Shown here: piece after piece, positions 29,490-40,199 of the stretch | Position numbering within the stretch: the first letter of the stretch is position 1 | Layout: each line of letters starts with the position of its first letter | The notes under the pieces: model-generated | What the model saw: only the letters and a program-made list of their open reading frames with translations | The model's database searches: none | Told to the model about the DNA's origin: nothing | From: Eledone cirrhosa | Lineage: Eukaryota | NCBI GenBank assembly: GCA_964016885.1 | Contig: OZ024745.1 | Span: 3,100,001 to 3,164,000, forward strand | Length of the DNA stretch: 64,000 nucleotides | Direction of reading: 5' to 3' | Position numbers and translations under genes: made by a program

Positions 29490-29742
29490 GACCAGTTATT
29501 CTTTTTGGGTAAATGCATTCAATGTTCAGACAGTGGGATTGGCCCAGTGCAAAGCCTTTACTCACTTAAAAAATCTCCAAGCACAGGCATCGCTTGATAT
29601 GTGACATTGTCTGTGATGCATGGTATTGCTGACCATAGGCAAGTTCCTAGCAGGACTATAAAGCCACGTCCATGATACTCATGTTTAAGTATCAAGTAAT
29701 GACATTACTTGAAATTGAGTTGCAGCCATCATGTATGTATGT
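29490..29742 (+). mobile_element. 3' part of a short retroelement ending GCAGCCATC(ATGT)n
   Basis: Aligns by eye with 30090-30300 (GGGATTGG..AGTGCAA.GCCTTT..CTTAAAAAA..AAGCACAGGCAT.GCTTG) and ends with the tail GCAGCCATCATGTATGTATGT. Confidence 0.65.
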
Positions 29743-29787
29743 ATTTATATCTGTTTCTTTGTTTCTTTGTTTGTATGTATTATGTAT

Positions 29788-30302
29788 GTCAGGTCACTCT
29801 CGAGTGCTACTGGTAACATGTAACACAGTACAACCTATCGTATGGTCAGATCGTCAGTGACTAAACCAGCAACCCCACCAAGCTTGTTTGGTGAGGAGGG
29901 TGATATTTGGACACCCTGCGGGATGAAATACAGGACCAGGCAAAGGGCGGACTAACTCAAGTCTATGGCCCTCCAAATTTTTTTGGTTTTCACCTGGGAG
30001 TGAAAGGCCCCCAGTTGTTGTCACAACACCTTTCTAGGAGAGGGAAACTCTGAAAAAAACCTGCAGCTTCGGAAGCATCCGATGATGTTGACCAGTTCTC
30101 CTTTTCAGGGAGTGTTTTCGATGCTCAGAGAGCGGGATTGGTCGAGTGCAAGGCCTTTCCCCTCTTAAAAAACCTTCAAAGCACAGGCATTGCTTGTTCA
30201 GGATATGTTACTTGTTTGTACTGGCCATAGCCTAAAAGTGCAAACTCTATAATCTGAAAACTGATTGCAATACTCTTAGCAGAGTTTGCAGCCATCATAT
30301 AT
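29788..30302 (+). mobile_element. Non-autonomous retroelement with an RTE-5'UTR-like head
   Basis: Contains CTAGGAGAGGGAAACTCTGA, which resembles a motif I recall from RTE-type 5' regions. Its 3' half is homologous to 29490-29742 and it ends GCAGCCATCATAT. Confidence 0.55.
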
Positions 30303-30355
30303 GGGATGTCAAGAAAGGCATTGCTGTTACATTTCCAGACAGCAAAAGTCCTCCT

Positions 30356-30742
30356 ATGTCGCTGACATGCAGTGTCTGTGCAAGACTCTGCCTCAGCAAA
30401 GCTGGACTCAATAGTCATCTTCGCAGTCATAAAGTGAGACCAGTGGTTGAATACCAGACTGCTGTCAGAGATGCTACTCATCATGCCTGCCAAGCATGTG
30501 GAAAAGAGTGTAAATCAGCAGGAGGGCTGAAACAACATTCAAAAGTACATGAAGTCCAACCACAGTGAATGTTTTGGTTGCCAACTCTGTGCAAGACACT
30601 TTAAATCATTGGTTGGGCTCAAAAGCCACATTCAATCGCAGCACCATTAATTATTAATATATATGTGTGTTCTTTTTTCTTTTTTTTTGTGCAATGGCCA
30701 TACTTGATAACGAGGGGGCAGCCATCATGTATGTATGTATGT
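30356..30742 (+). pseudogene. 3' end of a LINE (RTE-like) with three C2H2 zinc fingers, frameshifted, plus (ATGT)n tail
   Basis: ORF 30356-30568 holds CSVCARLCLSKAGLNSHLRSH and CQACGKECKSAGGLKQHSKVH. A third finger, CQLCARHFKSLVGLKSHIQSQH*, follows in the +1 frame to 30650. A short 3'UTR then ends in GCAGCCATCATGTATGTATGTATGT. The CxxCxRxxxSxxGLxSHxRxH pattern is the RTE C-terminal finger type and TGEKPY linkers are absent. Confidence 0.7.
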
Positions 30743-30769
30743 AAAAAGGATGATGATAAATATTATAGT

Positions 30770-30960
30770 TATCACCATTCATTGCCTGTTTTCCATGCTA
30801 GCATGGGTTAGACAGGTTGTCATGAACTGACACTAAATTGGTCAGGTGATCATGTCATGCTCATACACTCTGTTTTTAGCTTGGTTTCTAAGTCTGGAGG
30901 CCTTTCCTAATGCCAACCACTTTATAGCGTTATCAGGAGTATTTTATCATGACTTTGGCA
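30770..30960 (-). mobile_element. SINE 3' region in reverse orientation
   Basis: TTTTCCATGCTAGCATGGGTTAGACAG and CTGGA.GCC.TTCCTAA..CCAACC are reverse complements of tail motifs seen at 63190-63240 and 61620-61650. Confidence 0.7.
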
Positions 30961-31250
30961 CTAACACCTTACAAGGTGGGCTGAGTTATTTTTTGTTGTG
31001 GTACCAACGTTACCATTTTACAGTATGGGCTGGGTGCTTTTTATCATGGCACCAGCGTTACTCCATTACAAGATGAACTGGGTGATTTTTATCAGGGCAG
31101 CAGCATTACCACTTTACAGTGTGGGCTGGGTGCTGTTATCATGGCACCAGAACTACTACATTACTGGGTGGAACGGATGCTTTTTATCATGGTACCAGCA
31201 CCACCACTTTACAGGGTGGACTGGATGATTTTTATCATGGCACCAGTACT
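30920..31250. repeat. Degenerate ~48-bp tandem repeat, ~7 copies, derived from the SINE body
   Basis: An ATCATGGCACCAG-like motif recurs at ~30995, 31043, 31091, 31138, 31186 and 31234, with CCACTTTACAG..CTGGGTG between copies. Confidence 0.8.
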
Positions 31251-32059
31251 TCCTCATTATGACACAAAGGTATTTGTTGTGACCTTGGTGAGGCTGGGAA
31301 TGCATTGATGGAAGTGAAAGGAGAGGGGCTGACTATATACTGCATGCTGGGCTAGGGGGTATGTCGCCATGAGTGAAAGAGGGGCTTGGCTATATGCTGC
31401 TTGTTGGAGTGGTGGTGGAGAGGTGCATGCTATAGTGGGTAATGGAGGTGGGCCTTGAAGCAAGTAAGTGGTGCAATGTGCCCAGTTTTCCATGGGGTTG
31501 GATGGGGAAGATGAGTTTTGAATACAAGAGAGGGACATGGGTGGGGTGGAAAGTGAGTCAAAGAAGTGAATGAAGTGGGGAAGTGAGAGGTGACTCACCA
31601 TTACTTGCTAGTCTCTCTTCTTCCCACACATTCTCCACATTCATCAACTTCTCTTTCTCTCTCTCTCTCTCACATATATATATATAGTTGCTAATTACTG
31701 TGGTGTTTGTCCCTAAAAGTTGTGTTGTGACATCTCATTGATAAACAGGTGTAAACAGGTAAGAGCACTCCACATCAGTCGTATCTATCCAGCATAAAAG
31801 GGGCAATCAAACACGATGGAGTTTCTTTGTATGAAATAAAAGTTAAGACATGTTACATAATCATATTTATAAATACATTAAATCTGATTATGTAACACAC
31901 ACACATATGTATTATTACAAGACTGGAGACCATAATCAGTTGTTTCAGGTTTATTTAAAGCTCTCTTATACATATTTCACTGAGGACTATCAGTTAAACT
32001 TCCTATATATACAGAGGCCCACAGCTTTAGAAAAGCTGTCAAATAAAGGATCGTGAGAA

Positions 32060-32260
32060 CTCATCAGCTGCATTAAAGATATGACTACTTCACTAATACT
32101 GGGGCCTCAATAAAATGCACTTGGTAGAGTGCAGGATCATATGTTGGGCCCATGCCAGTCATTAAGTCTGCTTGACATACTGACCGGTCTGCGACATTGG
32201 AACTTTGCTAGCAAGGAAAACAGATGCTCTAGGGTGATGACAACGATGATGATGATGATG
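32060..32260 (+). mobile_element. Degenerate SINE 3' region with (GAT)n tail
   Basis: Ends GCTAGCAAGGAAAACAGATG..GACAACGATGATGATGATG, like the other copies in the window. Confidence 0.5.
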
Positions 32261-32758
32261 TCAACATTGTGTATAGAGAGGAATGCCACAGTGGTACATT
32301 CTGTCTTATGTATATATACACTAGAGTCTTAATATATAGTGAGTGGGAAAAGCTCAGTTAGCTGTCAGTTAGCTGAGATTCCTGTAATTTGAAGACAAAA
32401 ACAAAATCATTGTTGGTGTTTTGAAATAGATGAAAACAGCATTCAGGGGAGATGACTCCTACAATATCAGCTGATCCAAATGTTTTGCAAAATAGGTAAT
32501 TTCTGGTAAATATATTTCACTTAGAAGACATTACAAGATTGAAACATGTCCACTGCTTTCCCGAGTCATTATTATTGGAGTCAACTCTTTTGCTGGTTGC
32601 TTTTAGATTTGAACTTACTTAAAGGGAGCTTTTGTCTGCAAATTACAACTAGATTTTTAGCTCAGCTGATTGAAGTCTTTTCATTCACTATATCAAGTAT
32701 TTGATTTCATGTATCCACAAACAAACACACTCATACACACACGCACACACACTTATAT

Positions 32759-32871
32759 AATAATAATTGTTTCTACGTTAGGCACAAGGCCAGCAATTAC
32801 CCAGTGTATTACTGGTACTTTATTTTATCGACCCCGTAAGGATGAAAGGCAAAGTTAACCTCGGCGGGAAT
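32759..32871 (-). mobile_element. SINE fragment, near-identical to 63897-64000
   Basis: AATAATTGTTTCTACGTTAGGCACAAGGCCAGCAA..CAGTG.ATTACTGGTACTTTATTTTATC.ACCCCGTAA.GATGAAAGGCAAAGT.AACCTCGG occurs at both sites. A shorter piece lies at 33677-33739. Confidence 0.85.
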
Positions 32872-33111
32872 AATAATAAAAGGACGATTTTCTCACTCGG
32901 GTGAACCTAGTGTAACTGCACGATACACTCCCTAGATATATGTATATGTATATATATACATATATATGTTCCAATGTGCACTTAAATGGATGGTATTGAC
33001 CTTACTTGAACCGAAACTGTAGCGATTTCCAGAGGTTGACTGAGGAGATGGGACTGTCTGTCTTTCTGTTGTTTTTCATCACATGCCAATACCAGCACAA
33101 CCTTCTTTCAT

Positions 33112-33346
33112 GCATACTACATATACTACATATACTACATATACTACATATACTACATATACATATACTACATATACATATACTACATATACATATACTA
33201 CATATACTATATATACATATACTACATATACATATACTATATATACATATACTACATATACATATACTATATATACATATACTACATATACATATACTAT
33301 ATATACATATACTACATATACATATACTATATATACATATACTATA
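33112..33346. repeat. Compound microsatellite: 9-mer (CATATACTA), then 15-mer, then 30-mer period
   Basis: The ORF translation LHI LHI -> HILHI -> [10 protein letters not shown] mirrors the change in period. Confidence 0.9.
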
Positions 33347-33421
33347 CGGTTCTTATATATTTGATATATATTTATCCTTATCGAGCCCTCTTTGGATTTT
33401 AGTCTTCAAATTTATTATTAT

Positions 33422-33423
<2 letters not shown>

Positions 33424-33465
<42 letters not shown>

Positions 33466-33482
33466 TAAAATATTATTATATA

Positions 33483-33561
<79 letters not shown>

Positions 33562-33578
33562 TAAAATATTATTATATA

Positions 33579-33633
<55 letters not shown>

Positions 33634-33755
33634 TTATATATATATATATGTATATATATATGTATATATATATATATAATTGTTTCTACTTTTGGCACAA
33701 GGCCAGCAAACACCCAGTGTATTACTGGTACTTTATTTTATATATATATATATAA

Positions 33756-33827
<72 letters not shown>

Positions 33828-33867
33828 CGTTTTGTCCCTCCCAAAGTATAACAATATATATATATAA

Positions 33868-33913
<46 letters not shown>

Positions 33914-33988
33914 ATAATAATAAATGTGAAGACAAAATCTATATATATGTAAAATATATTGCGATTGCTATAATTTGTTACTCCAGCT

Positions 33989-34077
<89 letters not shown>

Positions 34078-34396
34078 TTCCTTGTTGTTTCGTTTCGGTC
34101 TTTTTCGCTCCCTCTCTTTTTTTTGATTTCCTTTACCTCTTTTTCATCACCCCATTCACTTTTGCAACTTCTCCCCTCCTCCTACCTCTCTAACATGTAT
34201 GTGTTTGGGCATGTACATACACACAAACACATATATGTATATATACATGCATATTTACATATATGTGTTTGTGTGTATGTACATGCATATATATATATAT
34301 ATGTATATATACATGCATATATATATATATATGCATGTACATACACACACATATACATGTATGCATGTGTGTATACATATCTATATTGTATATATT

Positions 34397-34450
<54 letters not shown>

Positions 34451-34527
34451 TATATACGTATATATATATATACACTATATATATATATATAAATGTATGT
34501 ACATTTATGTATATAAAAAAATATATA

Positions 34528-34569
<42 letters not shown>

Positions 34570-34844
34570 AAATAAATGTATGTACATATATGTATATAAA
34601 TATATATATATATATATATACGTATATTTATATATATATTAAACTATATACAAATGTATGTACATACATATATGTATATATAAAAGAAATATATACATAC
34701 ACACTTATATATATATAAATGAATGTATATATATAAATATATACATATTACTGTTCACTTTTCCTCCTCTCCATCACTGATTTTTCTCTTCCTTTTCCTC
34801 TCTTTGTATGTATATATATACATACACATATATGTGTATATATA

Positions 34845-34888
<44 letters not shown>

Positions 34889-34890
34889 TA
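33424..34890. repeat. Cluster of long (TA)n and (TA/CA/TG) microsatellites
   Basis: Multiple pure (TA)n tracts, for example 33991-34075, plus mixed TATG/TACA tracts. Confidence 0.97.
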
Positions 34891-35597
34891 CATACTTATC
34901 TTTGTCACTCGTTCAACTCCCTCTCTCTACTTTTATGTGTCTGTCATTCTTTTATTTTTATTTTTACTTTTTCACTGCCACTATTCCCCCTCACCCTCTC
35001 TCTTTTTCTTACTTCCTTTCTAACTTTTTGTTATATTTTATCCCCTCCCTTTGACGCTTTTATATGTTTTCTTTTTCTCTCACTGCTCCTTCTTCCGCCA
35101 CCCCACTAACTCCCCCTCCTCTCAGTCTTTTGCACTCAACTTCTCCTCCCCTTCCCCCTCTCTCTATCTATCTATTGTGGACAGCATCAGTTTTATTACT
35201 ACTACCTCTCTCACTCACAGCTTGAGACAGGTTCGGTGATAGACCGACCTAGTCCTTCTCAAATTTTTTTTTCTCTACAAAAAAATAAGAATAATTATAT
35301 TCTAATCTAATCTAAGCTTTATTTATGGATTTCTAATCACCTGAACCAAGGATTCTTGTATATCATTTATTACAGACACCACAATTAACAGTATTATTAT
35401 TATTAATTAATAATAATAATATCTGTACTGCCCGTTGTTAATTATTCTTCTAATAATTAATTTATTTTTTTCACGTTCATTGGTTTATCTGTGTTATGAA
35501 AATACTCCTGACTCTATTTAAAAACACCAGAAAGAAAAAAAGGTATTTTCTCTATAAATAATAAGTAATATTGTCTTATATATATTTGTATCTCAAG

Positions 35598-35820
35598 CAG
35601 CGATCAGTGGATGTATGTAAAGTTCTCAGTGAATCGAGTTCAGAATCAGGTTTCGATTCCTGCCTGGAACCATTTATATTTCTCTTCACTCACGTTGCTA
35701 ATGTCCCCTGGAGAAGGACATGAACGTCACAACTTCCCAATCTTACCTTTCTATCTATCTCTCTCTAAAAAAAAATTCCTATCTTTCTGTGTAAGAAAGG
35801 ATGATTACCCATGTCTAGTG
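35598..35820 (+). mobile_element. Degenerate tRNA-derived SINE
   Basis: B-box-like GGTTTCGATTCC at ~35649 followed by GTCCCCTGGAGAAGGACATGAAC. Confidence 0.4.
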
Positions 35821-36539
35821 ATATAATGAGAGTGCTTGCTTTCTCTAACCATTTCATACCCTCACATTCTAATTACTTTTATTCTCTAAAGCAAATTTTA
35901 AAACAAGAAAGAAAGATACTAGTAAAAGTCCGAAAATAACTTGGAAAACATTTAAAATGTTAAGATTTGTTTACATTTTCCAACGTTTGTTATGTTTTGA
36001 AAAGTTGCGATCTCTACAAGCACTTATAGTTTATAACACATATTACAGTTTTAATATGTATCACACGGTTTTAATATTTATTACATGGTTTTAATCATCT
36101 TATCTTCAAACTTTTGAAATATTTTCCATTCACCTTGAATATATTTTTATTGTTATTGTAGTTGTTGGTTTTTGTTGTATTTTTATTGTGGTTTATTTTT
36201 GAAGAAAGGACCCTATATGCACGTGTGATGTATATATAGATCACTTATTTTACATGTAATATAAGTGTTGTATATATATAGTGGTGTGTGTGTGTACGCC
36301 GGATTTTTCGCTGAAAGATTTCTAAATATCATCTCCCCTCCGGAGCTATCATTGATCCCCTCCATTTCCAACTGGTGCCGTTGGGGTGTTCATCTGTAAT
36401 TACCATTTAAAGCGGAGATACATACACTCATGTAATCATGGATATTACATATTATACACACACACATATATATATTTAACTACATTTCAAAATCATCAAA
36501 TTTTGGTAATTGATTCAAAAACCGAATCGCGTGTATCGT

Positions 36540-36763
36540 GCACACACACATATACGTGTGTGTGTATGTATGCATATATTTGTGTGTATATGTATGCATA
36601 TATGTGTGTGTATATGTATGCATATATGTGTGTGTGTATGTATGCATATGTGTGTGTGTATGTATGCATATATGTGTGTGTGTGTATATATGTATGCATA
36701 TATGTGTGTGTGTGTATGTATGTATATATATATGTGTGTGTGTGTGTATATGTATGCATATAT
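36540..36763. repeat. Compound microsatellite TGTATGCATATATG(TG)n
   Basis: About eight TGTATGCATAT cores separated by (TG)n runs of variable length. Confidence 0.9.
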
Positions 36764-39176
36764 GAAAATAATCTTTATTGCTATCGATCGTTAATGATTT
36801 AGTTATTTGGTGTTTAGCTCCTGCAATGTTTAACCTATAATCTTCTCTCTCTCTATCTTTTCTCTCCTGTCAATGATATTGCTTTCATTTTCACTCACTC
36901 TCACTATCCTGCCTCTCTCTTTCGATCTCTTCTTCTCCACTCTTTATCATGTCACAGACACACACACACAATATATGTACTTCGTAGTTTCCAGCGATGC
37001 TTCACCAATCGTGAACAATCCCTTCAGCCATTTCTAGAAATGTATTTTTAGGGCGGAGGTAGACAGCCAGTCTTAAATTCTTTCCAAATATAATCCTTCG
37101 CTATTTCCAGAATAAATCCCAATAGAGATGATAAAAAAGAGAGATGTACTTCAAATAAACCGATGGTGATTCAATACATTATATATATATGTATGTATGT
37201 GTATATAAAGGCCCAGTGTTATTAATTTGGCACAACCATTATTTGACTACTTTAGTTTTTTTTAGGTACCAAATACTAAATTAGTCTAAAGTAAAGTTTC
37301 CTCAGTAAATTACTATATCATTAGTATTTCTTTCATTTTTGTCGCGAAGTACGGAACCAAACATAAAACATTGTTGACTGCAATAATTTCTTGTTGGAAG
37401 TGGAAATGGTTAAATAAATTTGTATTGGATTTTATTTCATTGGCCTTTTAGAGCTGTCTGGCTTAGTGTCAGCAGTATCTTGTACATCCTGCTTATACCT
37501 ACACCCGTGTACACAGATCCATACATATATAGCCACACACACATATATGTATATATCCACACACATATAATGTCTTCATAATAATACCACCACACGCTCC
37601 TCTTCCACTCTCTCTCTCTCCTACACTTTCCTAATCTCCCTCGCTCTTTATTCCTTCCTCTCTCTCTCCTCCTCCTTTCTGGTCTACAAAATGGTTGACT
37701 TGACTCATACCCGACCGTAGCTGGTCCAAACGGTGATTTGTTTTCTATTTTTAAATTTCATAATATTTTTTTCTATATTTCTCTATATATTTGTTGATGT
37801 TTCATCATTCGTTATCAGATGGTGTTATTACTTCATCATTATTAGTGTTGCTACCATTAAACGTCTCATTTGCTACTTTGATCTTTCTAATATTTATAAC
37901 ATTACCGTACGAACTCATAGGTCATTGAAATTATATATATATATATACCAATTAAAGTATATATATACAATGTATATATATATATATATAATATGGTGTG
38001 GTGTGTCAGTATCACACTAACTTCTGTTATGTCAACTCAGTCAATTGCACTAATATATATATATATATGTGTGTGTGTATGTATATATATATAATGGACA
38101 AATTCATGGTCGATTACAGACTGGCGATACAATATATTTTACCTATTCATTGACTTATCTCAAAGTAGATAAGATAATATTGAAAGGAGAGAAGAAGTGA
38201 CAGCCTAGCTTAAGCTAAACTTGGAAAATCCCTCCCACCATTTTTTTCTTCTTCTAAACATAAATGACGATGCTGTTACCATTATTACTTGGTTAACAGC
38301 AGTCTGTTGAGGAGACAGATTTATCTCTTATTCTTCTCTATCTTTCCTTATGTTGTAATAATAAATGACCTTACCATCAATTATTTAGTCATATCTATAT
38401 TCACTTACTATCTTTCTCTCTCTTAAATATACTTTTTTCTTACCATATTTCCCCTTTCTTAAAGCCATCCCACTCCCATATAAAAAAGAATACGGGTCAA
38501 ATTCGTTACCTGCCGTCGACAATTAATGATGTAGAGAAGAACCCCCTTTTTTTCACTTTAGTTACATTTTCTAAACATCCTGTATTGTATAAATATATTT
38601 ATGTAACAATATATTTGTATTACATTGTTAAAAATAAAATAAAAGTTTGTTATGGTTTGAACAATCTTTATAAATGAGAAGTTATTTCTCTAGAGGTGTA
38701 AAGAAGTTCGTTCGCTTCTCTCTCTCCACTGATTAAGAGACCGGGCTGGTTGCATGTGGCCATCACATTTCTCTCACTATATATATACTCTTACATATAA
38801 CTATCTTACTTTCTTTTCCACCCTTCTAGAGATAACTTTCATATTTTTTGTCTTGTTTCATATTCTGTTTAAAGCTATTTAGTGTGGTGACAATGTCGAA
38901 ATTTTGAATATATTTCGTTCCGACATATTTTTTAATTTACACAATTTTCTTTTTTTATATGTTTTTTTTTTAATTGATTTTGGAGAAGTAAAAAAAAAAA
39001 AACGAAAAGTTTTAACGAATAATTTTTTTTTGTTTTTACCATCAATGATATTAATATTATCCAAACACTGGTTCAGATTTTTGTTTTAACGTTTGAGATT
39101 CACCGATAAAATTTTATTCACTTCAGTACTTTTTTCCTCTGCATAATTAATGGCAGCCATGATATAATTGACAATG

Positions 39177-39420
39177 GACTTTTCACATGTGTGTGTATGT
39201 ATAGCACTACTTTATTATGTGTGTGTGTCTATATACTTTCACATGTGTGTGTTTGTATGTAGCACTACTTTACTGTGTCTATACTTTCTCATGTATGTGT
39301 AGCACTACTTTAGTATATGTCTATATACTTTCACGTGTGCATATGTATGTACCGCTAGTTTAGTATATATATATGTGTGTGTGTGTAGCACTACTTTAGT
39401 ATATGTCTATATACTTTCTA
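39177..39420. repeat. Degenerate tandem repeat (TAGCACTACTTTA / CTATATACTTTC cores with variable TG spacers)
   Basis: TAGCACTACTTTA occurs four times plus one degenerate copy, alternating with GTCTATATACTTTC-like cores. Confidence 0.8.
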
Positions 39421-40199
39421 AGTAGTCTCTGTGTCTTCTATTTCTTTTTGTTAAAACACACACCACATTGATATAATTAACGATATCGTCATTTTGTTTC
39501 TTGTCTTCCCTCTCTGTTGACAGATATGTTAGGATTTATACTTTAACATTGTCTTAAAACTATATTAAGAGATTAATGAAATAACTTTAGAGATATTCAT
39601 TCTATGTAACATTTATTTGAAGGTTAAGCTTGTTAAATAATTATTGATGTTTATAACTTCTTCGATCTTAGTTTTTTAGCATTTATTTTCATCGATCTTT
39701 CAAAAGAAAATTATTTGATACTTGCTAAGACTTCGCTACTGTTTTAGGGTATATTAACAATATATTTTCCAATTTCAATTAATTAAATCTTCTCTAAAGC
39801 CGTCTTTACCTGCACTGTTGATATTGTCTCCTTGTATCGGTGTTTAGATTTAATAACATCAGCTATAAAATCTAGTCACTAACACATGTATTTGTGTGCA
39901 AATATTCATACTTTTTTTCCATATGTATTTTCATTTCTTTCTATCTCTTTTTAAGAATAATGATTCTCATACGTCTAATTAATACATTTTCTTTTTAAAT
40001 ATCTCCATTTATTATAATTTACTTGATTCACTGCTAATTTGCCCTCTGTCCAACTTGCTCAATTATTCTTATCATTGCCCAATTCTACATCTTGTATGTA
40101 TACAGGCATGTCTCCATTCGTCAGCAGTAGAGGCTGTAAATCTAAAAATACATCAATATAATATTAGATGTATTGCATTTTTAATGGTTCAATACTCTT

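Noticed and set aside
30356-30568. Intact host C2H2 zinc-finger gene
   Set aside because: There are no TGEKP linkers, the third finger is frameshifted, and a retroelement-type tail follows. It is better explained as a LINE 3' end.
31257-31601. 114-aa Pro/Ser-rich ORF and G-rich tract
   Set aside because: Purine-rich low-complexity sequence with no recognisable domain. The G-runs are too irregular to call a G-quadruplex confidently.
35227-35252. Small hairpin TCGGT-GATAG-ACCGA followed by CTAGT, resembling a Helitron 3' end
   Set aside because: The hairpin is too close to CTAG, and I found no matching 5' TC end or second copy.
33006-36802. Long YI/HT/CV-rich ORFs up to 249 aa
   Set aside because: These are translations of (TA)n, (CA)n and (TG)n microsatellites.
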